Shown here: positions 39,901 to 46,657 of the stretch, piece by piece | Layout: every line of letters starts with the position of its first letter | Position numbering within the stretch: the first letter of the stretch is position 1 | NCBI GenBank assembly: GCA_005222975.1 | Contig: NJBI01000027.1 | Location: 1 to 46,657 of the forward strand | Length of the DNA stretch: 46,657 nt | Direction: 5' to 3' | Source of the DNA: Promethearchaeota archaeon Loki_b31 | GTDB taxonomy: Archaea; Asgardarchaeota; Lokiarchaeia; Sigyniarchaeales; SOKP01 | The notes under the pieces: model-generated | Told to the model about the DNA's origin: nothing | Seen by the model: the letters and a program-made list of their open reading frames with translations, nothing else | Databases searched by the model: none | Translations under genes and position numbers: made by a program

Positions 39901-41871
39901 CAAGCAATCGAAAGTAAAGACAGAGAAACTGATGGCTTATTGAACGAAGCTATGGACCTTATTAATGAAGTTGAAAACGAAGTAAGAAGCTATGAGTTAA
40001 GTTTAAAAAAAGATCTTTTATATTATACAAGTCCTTATGAAAAAGCAATTTCAAACTATGAAAAAGCTAGAAAATTATTCCAGAAAATAGGGTGGAAAGA
40101 AGAAGCACACCGATTAATAAATACCATAACCTTTTATAAAGAAAAAAAAGTAAAAGATGATAATCTACGATTATTTGAACAACAAAAATTAGAAGCATCT
40201 AAGGAAAAGTTGAAATATAAACCGAAAGAAGAAGTTTTTGCTCATGAAAAGAAAATTATAGAATTTGAGAAGATAAAAGAAGCTACGACAAAAGAATCAG
40301 AGGAAATTTTTAATATTATCAATCGCGCCGAAAGATTGGCTCAGGAGTATGAAATTAAAAAGAAAAAAGGAATTTTGAATATTGAATCGGCATACGAAGA
40401 AATAATTAATATATACATGACGGCAAAAAAAGAATTTGAAAAGATCGGATGGAACGAACAAGCTAATCAAATAATCAACTCCATACGCCACTATCAAGAG
40501 AAGTCAAAGGCTGATAAAAGACTAAGAGCCTTGGAAACAGAAAAGATCTCAAAAGAAGAAGAAGAAATAAAGAAACGAAAAATCGAAACATCTTTAGCAA
40601 GAGAAGCAGAAGCAGAGTTATTAAAACAAAAAGCTCAGGCTCTTGAACTAAAAAGAAAACACGCGTTAGAATATGAATCCAAAAAAGAGCAAGCTTTTAA
40701 CTTTATGGATCTTGCAAAAAATCAGTTCAAACAAAAGAATTTCGATAAAGCAGTAAAATTTTATAATGAGAGCGAGAAAATCTTTGCCGAGATCAATTGG
40801 TCCGAAGGTCAAAAAATGATAAAAGAATCTATTAAAGTAATTAAGCTAAAAAAGGAAAGAATTGGACAAGAACAAAAAGTTATCGAAAGGCAAGAAGCAG
40901 AGAGATTAAAACTTGAAGCTCAAATTGAAGATGAAATAATAAAAGCTAAGGATTTACAAAAACTGCTACAAGATCAAAGGAGACGAGAGTTTTTAGCTAT
41001 ACAGAAGGAAAAAGAAAGAGAGAAAGAAATTTCAGAAAACGCTTATCACTTTTTAGAAGAAGGAACTAAATTGAAAAATAAAAAGAAATTTGAAGAAGCT
41101 TTTGAAAAGTATATTATGGGGAGAAATCTATTTAAACAAATTGGATGGTTACATGAAGTTAGTCGAATAAACAACGATTTACTATTTATTCTTAAAAAAG
41201 AAATGAAACAAACAGAAAAGATAAAAGCCATGCAACAGAAAAAAGTAGAAGAGAAAAAAGAGCTTGAAGTTTTATTAAAAGAAGCAGAGAAAAAACGAAA
41301 GGAACTCGATCAAATAAGGAAAGAAGAAAAACGTAAACGGCGCGAGGAAATCGTTCAAAAAGAATTAGACATAGCTAATGAAATCATTAAAGACCTTAAA
41401 TATAACGAAGGAATATTAAAGTTAAAAAAAGTAATTAAGAAATTAGAAAAATTGAAACAAGACAAATTAGTAAAGCAAATGAATAAACAAATTGAAGTTT
41501 TAGAAAATGCCAGTCAAGTGCCAATTATTACAACATGTGAACTCGAAAGGGATGAAAATATTAATAAATTTGAATTAGCTTATCGCGCTTTAGACAACGC
41601 TCAAATTTCTTTATCAAATAACCTTTTTATGAAAGCGATTACAGAACTTAATGAAGCGATATTTAATCTAAAAGAGACGAAAATTGGCATTAAATATATA
41701 TCCTTAATAGAAAATAAGGTAAACACTTATAAAAAGGAATTAGATATTAAAACGGTTCAAGAACAGAAAGTAGAGGTTCTAAAAGACGAAATTGACGATA
41801 TACGAGTGAAAATTGCTGCTAGACGGGCTGAAAGGAGGAAAAAAATAAAAGACTTGATGGATCTCCCTTAG
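36997..41871 (+). CDS. Large alpha-helical TPR-like/coiled-coil repeat protein (1624 aa)
   Basis: About 10 repeats of 110-135 aa with AE.LAR.Y...Y..II.IY...(G/N)W.DQ...Y..QI..Y..K, separated by E/K-rich coiled coils. Confidence 0.85.
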   Translation: MMIKMDKRDEQKDNNQKFNDTNPDPTKVAFFSDMGNMEEEIASEAIELVTHALSLIEARFYDDSIEILRQAIGLYDQISRIAEVDALNNKISEIYLLKEQSFRESELETDTIIEDSQEEVLLEQNEEELYNQADSLIVEALQLVTNEKFDEALDNYDEATKILQKLSKELELKKLSELIEDCFNKKTEFVRIHKKASTGEIITVEQDNEEPISKLEIKAQRVRAFEELKRKENQISNQAYELIGKATELKKIRQYDEAIRLYDEGLALFQEINWNNEVKKIKNMIEQVEREKKRFLEEVQKIKAEEEQAKEIKKQKEAALIDNAQIQEQIKDQAQAEKLRAQSERKQEEMTFQNEIAEMVDYAEKLARDYDLKVKKAIKRGELVKECVFPVVIKIYEEVRKKVKDRGWKDQAELYANQIRHYHTLLEKDKNLRQIEFRKRQKQKEYDEALKIKTDSTIVEVDVVPKKKIDEQRKQEAEVKNFREMIENLVNRAEKIAREYNTAFKKAVKEGNLNIESKYPKIIKIYTKARDSVLEKGWNEDAAIISSHIRKYSELLEKEKRIREIEAKKDEEKKAYEEFHKIQKKEIDAEKIKKIEVKKVKEFEEDKFQKEITDLVDKAERMARDYEVALKKAIRAGKLIENSPYSRIIEIYNQIREGVISRGWKDQILIYTNQIRIYQEKLENDNKLREIEIHKIQKRKEFEESLKVKTESIPPEKLKKIESKKSKKLEEQNFQKEITERVDKAEKLAREYEIAKKSALKEGKDLGETPYFEIIEIYTKLRNKVLTRGWTDQALIYAKQIKIYQEKLESDKKLRRIELKKIQKQKQFEESLKVKAEGLTVDKLKNLESLSKQEQDEEKFEREIDDLVDNTEKLAREYDLAIKRGQFEKECPYLIIAELYKKIREKVYARGWKDEADLYGNQINHYREKYERDKRLRELEAKKVKKQKDFEESLKITKEDKKLRLQEIQAIESKDRETDGLLNEAMDLINEVENEVRSYELSLKKDLLYYTSPYEKAISNYEKARKLFQKIGWKEEAHRLINTITFYKEKKVKDDNLRLFEQQKLEASKEKLKYKPKEEVFAHEKKIIEFEKIKEATTKESEEIFNIINRAERLAQEYEIKKKKGILNIESAYEEIINIYMTAKKEFEKIGWNEQANQIINSIRHYQEKSKADKRLRALETEKISKEEEEIKKRKIETSLAREAEAELLKQKAQALELKRKHALEYESKKEQAFNFMDLAKNQFKQKNFDKAVKFYNESEKIFAEINWSEGQKMIKESIKVIKLKKERIGQEQKVIERQEAERLKLEAQIEDEIIKAKDLQKLLQDQRRREFLAIQKEKEREKEISENAYHFLEEGTKLKNKKKFEEAFEKYIMGRNLFKQIGWLHEVSRINNDLLFILKKEMKQTEKIKAMQQKKVEEKKELEVLLKEAEKKRKELDQIRKEEKRKRREEIVQKELDIANEIIKDLKYNEGILKLKKVIKKLEKLKQDKLVKQMNKQIEVLENASQVPIITTCELERDENINKFELAYRALDNAQISLSNNLFMKAITELNEAIFNLKETKIGIKYISLIENKVNTYKKELDIKTVQEQKVEVLKDEIDDIRVKIAARRAERRKKIKDLMDLP

Positions 41872-42032
41872 CGTTCACTATAAATTTCTTGGAGTCTAAG
41901 GTCTTCTGACTTACTACTTTTTTTATCGCTTGAGCTTTTTCTACCATAATTTTTCGCTACTTTCTTATTTTAATAAAATTAAAATTTCTTTTCCAGAAAA
42001 GGGATTTCTTAGTAACCTCGGGAGATTCTGTC

Positions 42033-44600
42033 GTGGAAAAATCGCTTAACGATCTTACGGCAGGGGAGATTTCTGGAACTTGGACAGCAGTTCATAAAAA
42101 GGTTTCAAGTGGATTTCAAAACGGACTCTTGCTTGCGAATGTACCTGAGGTTAATCTACCCGAAGGATATCACAACGGTTTTAAAGATCCTATTTCAGGG
42201 ACAGTGAAGTCTAGCTTCATAGTATATAACGGTTATTTGCTATTCGGACCTGTACAGCTCAATCCGGTTTCCCATGTTCTTGAAATTGTTCACGAAGACG
42301 CTCTTGCAAGCGCGTTAACTGATGCCATGGATCCTCATTCCTTAGATCTTCTCGGCGCAAAAGAAATAGATATTTTTTTCACTTTAGATTATTTCCGTTC
42401 AACTTTCCAAGAAGCAGGCAGAAAAGTTTCGTTTGTTTTCCAACCAGTCAATTCCCGAATTATTCCAACGGGCGCGCACGAAAAGATTATTTCTGGTTCA
42501 GTTTCTGTGAAAAAACTGCTTGAAGGTAGGCAATTTAATCTAGCGGATTACGTCGATAAAAATTTGAAAAATTTCGAAGAAATTTCTCACCAATTTAAAA
42601 AAAATGTTTTTCAAATTGTTGAAGACTCAGTGAATACCAAATCCACAACTGGGTTTAGTTTTAGAAATGAATGGGTTTCGGAATATATTAACTCTTATGT
42701 TGACGAGTCTGGGTCTTTTAAATTGGGGTTGAACGATTTCGAACTTGGTTTTCTTTACAAACTATTAGTTCCAAACATTAAAAGCATGGATTATTCGATT
42801 ACCAATAAAGACAATATTGTTTACAAATTATTCAATATTGATTTTACTAAAGAAACAAATATACATTATTCGATGCGTAGGTCGACTCAGTCAACGAAAC
42901 AATTGTTTAACGAATACTTAAAGCTATTTAAATAGTTCTCTGAAATCGATCCAACAACGGTGCCGATAGAGCTTTGTGAAGTAGTAATAAGATTAAACGA
43001 AGAGACAGAACATTTCAGGAATAATCCAACTCTAGATTTTCAGATAAACGAACTAGATCCAACAGACTCCGTCAACAAATATTTCATGTCTAAAGAAGAG
43101 CTCATTTTGGCTCAGAGAATTAACTACGCTCTAATACGCTTAATTGGCGGAAACAACTTTAGAGATATCTTCTTGGGATCCATTTTCCCAAAGAACGGCT
43201 ACATAAGGCATATTAACAGACCTTGGGCTGTCATAAGACGGAATGTTTTAGACTTAAGTTTTAGTTTAGAATCTCTTTACGGTCATCCTGCTCTTGTTAT
43301 TGTTCCAAGTCATCTCGTATCCTATGAGAATAAATTTCAGTACTTATACGATCGCGTGGTACAGCCTGCAACAATCCCCTTACCAATTAACCCTAGCGAT
43401 AGCGCCCTTGCTATCTTTAGTTTAAGCAATCCTGGCATTTCTAATTTGCGCATATCAGGCGTTCCTTTACGAGTATGGACCTCTGATCTTGGTGGCCCCT
43501 TCTTTGAACCGATGATTGCTGATAAAAGAATGAAATTTTACACGACTTTATCTCAGATGGATCAACAATATTACCTTAAAAATTTTAGAACCAGTTCTGA
43601 TCTCTCGGAAGATTTTTTGAGATTTGAGAGTTTAACTACGATTGTAGGGATAATAAGGAAAATTTATGAAGACATCGTCGGATTAGACATCACTGGCATG
43701 GCAGATAAAGTCTTGCAGAAAGAATTTACCACTCTAGAAGTCTCTAACGCTCGAAATCAGTTATTTACCTTTCTCACTTCTTATGGGTTAGAAGCGACAT
43801 CTCTTGAGTTTCAATACAGACACGGGGCAAGATATACATTATTGTTAAATAGAGATATATACGATGTATATTTTAAAAATAGGGAAGATCTTACATCTTT
43901 GATAAAATCTCTCGAGAAAAAAACCATTTATAGTGGTACATCAAAAGATTCTCGTATAAGTTTAACAAAAGAGGCTTTAAGGTTTTCGCAAGATCGCATA
44001 ATATCTACATTAGACTTTGTATGGAGTCTTACTTATAAATCTGACGGAACTCGGCGTAAAGTCTACCTCTATTTTCTTCCAAAAAATTCGGAAGGTTTCG
44101 GGTATAGAGATTTACAATATAGATACTTACCAGTTATGAGTGGTCCAGATTGGAATCTATTCAGCAGTATGTCAAGTATACAGGCACGAGGTATAGTTCT
44201 CGATCCCGAACATCCGGAGCTTTTTAACCCCTCCGAAATTCTCGCCGCTATGAACATAGAAAACGCGTTATGTGTCGCGCGAACATCCGATATGGCTGAT
44301 AACGAGATTTTGTTTGCGTTCGACGAGTTTCAACCGTATATGCCTCATTTGGTAAAAAATGAGAATCGCCGGGTGATCGGTCCCGATCCAGACGGTTTAA
44401 CCGAGAAAAACACGCACGAATTCCTCACCCTCTACTTTAAATACTGGCAAATCGTACAACGGTTTAAAATGGTTGATTTCTATAATTTCGGCGATTCGAA
44501 CGATTTTTACAATATCTTTAGCGATGACACCGATTCGTTAATATGGTTTATAACCCAGTACGATCCTCCTTACGTTTTCGACCCGAGATGGTATAATTAA
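42033..44600 (+). pseudogene. Unknown large gene or gene remnant: ORFs 42033-42935 and 42960-44600 are one reading frame split by a single TAG
   Basis: TTT AAA TAG TTC TCT GAA ATC GAT CCA ACA ACG GTG is in frame; both assigned starts are GTG; frame is open upstream to 41934 with no ATG; CpG-richer than flanks. Confidence 0.6.
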
Positions 44601-44752
44601 TTCTATTTTTTTTATTTTTAATTCTATTTAATTTTAATAATATATTGAAAAATAATTAAAGACAACCTATTTAAATAAGGGATTAGTTATATCCTTCTTA
44701 GAATTGTATAAATTCATTAAAATTCGAAATTTGTAATAGGTAATTTGTTGCT

Positions 44753-45541
44753 ATGCGCGAATTCAAAGTCAGCGAACTCATAACCTTAAAGCTCGAAGGC
44801 GATAAGACGATCATCTACGTAGACGGTATGGAATTTAGGCAGTGCAAGTATCTTTTACTGAATATACCTGTCGAGAAAATAAGCTCGTTTGACGAAATCG
44901 CTTCCGTTGACGAAGCTGCTGAAAGATTGGATCATTCTGAAGAACCTCGTAAAAACACCGTTAAAAAAATCCCTCCAGAAGTCGAGTTCTGGGGACATTG
45001 TAGCAACCTTCAAGCGTGGGTTGAAAACAGCTACGACACTCGAATTATACATAGCAATTTAGCCTTTCCTTTGTTAAGGGCGTTGCTTATTTCAGGTGAC
45101 CCAATCGCGGAACGGGTAGTTAATGAAGAAGTCGCGAAAAAATTAATGCGAGGGACTTTTAACACCATAAGGTTTTTAATTTTAGAAGGCTACTTTGATT
45201 ATCTAAGCGACGAGGAGGTCCAAACCATAGTTTCCGGCGAGACAGAAAAATCCAGAATAGAGAAAAAGAAAATATCGTTTAAACACATGAATTTTGACGC
45301 TTTAGGGGACGATATCCACGGAATGACTCTGAAACAGTTCGATTTTCTGATAAATCACCCAAAGTTTGACTTCCTTGCGGATTTTCAAGAACATTTTACC
45401 GAAAGATTTAAGAGGGAAAAGGTTTTTGAGCCTTACGACTACATTGTATTTATTTTCCATAAACTTATAGATTTAGAAGAAAGAAAAAAATTAAGAAAAA
45501 AATATTTCCCTTTATTAAAAAAACTTAGAGAATCACTTTAA
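44753..45541 (+). CDS. Hypothetical protein carrying the conserved N-terminal domain typical of lokiarchaeal LRR-protein paralogs (no LRRs here)
   Basis: EFKV...ITLKLE..KT.IYV.G..FRQCKYLLLNIP...DEAAE.LD...EFWGHCSNLQAW.EN.YDTR..HSNLAFPLL; family assignment is from recall. Confidence 0.7.
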   Translation: MREFKVSELITLKLEGDKTIIYVDGMEFRQCKYLLLNIPVEKISSFDEIASVDEAAERLDHSEEPRKNTVKKIPPEVEFWGHCSNLQAWVENSYDTRIIHSNLAFPLLRALLISGDPIAERVVNEEVAKKLMRGTFNTIRFLILEGYFDYLSDEEVQTIVSGETEKSRIEKKKISFKHMNFDALGDDIHGMTLKQFDFLINHPKFDFLADFQEHFTERFKREKVFEPYDYIVFIFHKLIDLEERKKLRKKYFPLLKKLRESL

Positions 45542-45554
45542 GAAATCTCTGTTT

Positions 45555-45767
45555 CTAAATTTCGCTTTCAATCTTAGTTTCTATTAAATTTGGACTAATA
45601 CTACTCCTCACTGACTGCTCTATAAGATACTCCGTCCTAATCAAGTCCCTAATTCCGACTCGTATTGCTTCACTTCGATTTGGAAACTTACCTTCTGAAA
45701 CGAGCACTTCTAAAACCTTTAAATAATTTTCTGGTAAATTTACTGAAATTAACTTTATTTTAATCAC
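45555..45767 (-). CDS. Ribbon-helix-helix (CopG/CdrS-like) transcriptional regulator
   Basis: ISVNLP..YL..L..LV..GKFPNRSEAIR..IRDLI; GTG 45767 is a likelier start than TTG 45812. Confidence 0.85.
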   Translation of the reverse strand: MIKIKLISVNLPENYLKVLEVLVSEGKFPNRSEAIRVGIRDLIRTEYLIEQSVRSSISPNLIETKIESEI

Positions 45768-46058
45768 CAAATTTTTGAGTTCTTTGGAAAAACTCTTCGT
45801 TTTTCTATACAATTAAATATCACGTACGTATATATAAACATTTAGTGGAAATCGACCCTAAGTAATCCGACGAAAAAAAAATAGAGTCTCTATTAGGATA
45901 TTTCATCAATTTGGGATTTTTGTCTGTTCAAATAAGACCTTAACCTTCAAATAAAATATATCATAAATTTTAAATTAGAAAATAATATATATCATATGTC
46001 TTACATGTAACATACAATATAAAATATAAATTTTAAATTAAAAAAGAAGTGATTGAAT

Positions 46059-46382
46059 ATGGCTGATATTGAAGCTCAGTTAAGAAACCATCTAAAAACC
46101 GCAGCTGATTGGGAAAAAATGGAAGCTCCTGTACCTGGAGTTTTTGTAGTAAAGGTCCCTGCTACTAAAACTAGACCTGCCTTACTATTCCTAGAAATTA
46201 ATCCTCTAAAGGAAGATGGAAAACCAATGAAAAGAAAAGGACTATTCGTTGGATCTAAAGAAATGTTGATAAAATTTGGAGAAGCTTTAAATGACGATAA
46301 GGTCTTTCAATTAATTGGTGAATTGGAAAAAATCAATCCTGAAGTGGCTACAAGCGGAACCGTTAAAAAGTTAGAAATGTAA
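46059..46382 (+). CDS. Hypothetical protein (about 107 aa), possibly nucleic-acid binding
   Basis: ATG at 46059; WEKM...VPGVFVVKVP...LFLEINPL..DGKP.KRKGLF; followed by a T-tract. Confidence 0.7.
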   Translation: MADIEAQLRNHLKTAADWEKMEAPVPGVFVVKVPATKTRPALLFLEINPLKEDGKPMKRKGLFVGSKEMLIKFGEALNDDKVFQLIGELEKINPEVATSGTVKKLEM

Positions 46383-46418
46383 TTTTATATCCTTTTTTTT
46401 TCTCTTTTAATTTAAACA

Positions 46419-46657
46419 CTAGTACATAATTCACTTAATTCGGTTTATTTTTAATCTTGAATTTTACCTCTGCTTGTTTTCTGCTAAATTTCCAATTTAT
46501 TCCAATTTTTTCCCTATTTCGTTCATGTACCCAAGCTTGGACCTCTTCCCGTAATGTTTCCTCGTTAGGAAAACGACGACCATTCAAGCATTGAGATTCC
46601 AATGCTCCAATTTCTAATTCGGCTTGGTTCAACCAACTTGCGTGGACAGGAGTAAAA
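46419..46657 (-). mobile_element. Right end of an IS630-family insertion sequence (transposase C-terminus, truncated by the window edge)
   Basis: FTPVHASWLNQAELEIGALESQCL..RR...W...RN....INWKF DDE C-terminal signature; element end near ...GTACTAG (TA target) at about 46419-46426. Confidence 0.88.

Noticed and set aside
3007-45052. Many 60-136 aa ORFs antisense to or nested in long genes (e.g. 3976-4386, 25497-25859, 28554-28940, 34087-34377, 36460-36810, 38262-38522)
   Set aside because: They overlap well-supported genes and have no recognisable motifs; shadow ORFs.
1-46657. CRISPR arrays, tRNA/rRNA genes, selenoprotein UGA readthrough
   Set aside because: No regularly spaced direct repeats, no GC-rich cloverleaf or rRNA-like segment, and no gene interrupted by in-frame TGA were seen by eye.

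Overview
AT-rich archaeal chromosomal region, most likely from an Asgard archaeon (Lokiarchaeia-like). This is inferred from a Rab-like small GTPase, an archaeal proteasome alpha subunit, a PolB2/PPB2/iRadA module, TrmB and RHH regulators, tandem acyl-CoA ligases and a Loki-type conserved N-terminal domain. Most of the window is metabolic and housekeeping genes, plus two giant repeat proteins (a 2534-aa polytopic membrane protein and a 1624-aa helical repeat protein) and the right end of an IS630 element. The standout signal is the proteasome alpha-subunit gene (psmA, 32405-33171, - strand). It is split in its conserved YGG|IRPFG motif by a 32-nt, stop-containing, frame-breaking insert (32752-32783). 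This insert folds with the flanking exons into a relaxed bulge-helix-bulge structure whose canonical cut sites restore the frame exactly (244 aa). It is a strong candidate for an endonuclease-spliced mRNA intron in an Asgard protein-coding gene. Secondary signals are two other genes broken by single in-frame stops inside palindromes, a 17/19-nt motif shared upstream of the separated polB2 and iRadA units, a BssC-like microprotein missed by the ORF track, a B-box-like N-terminus on a UPF0182 protein, and a structured leader upstream of a small ORF. All calls come from reading the sequence only; no searches or folding programs were run.
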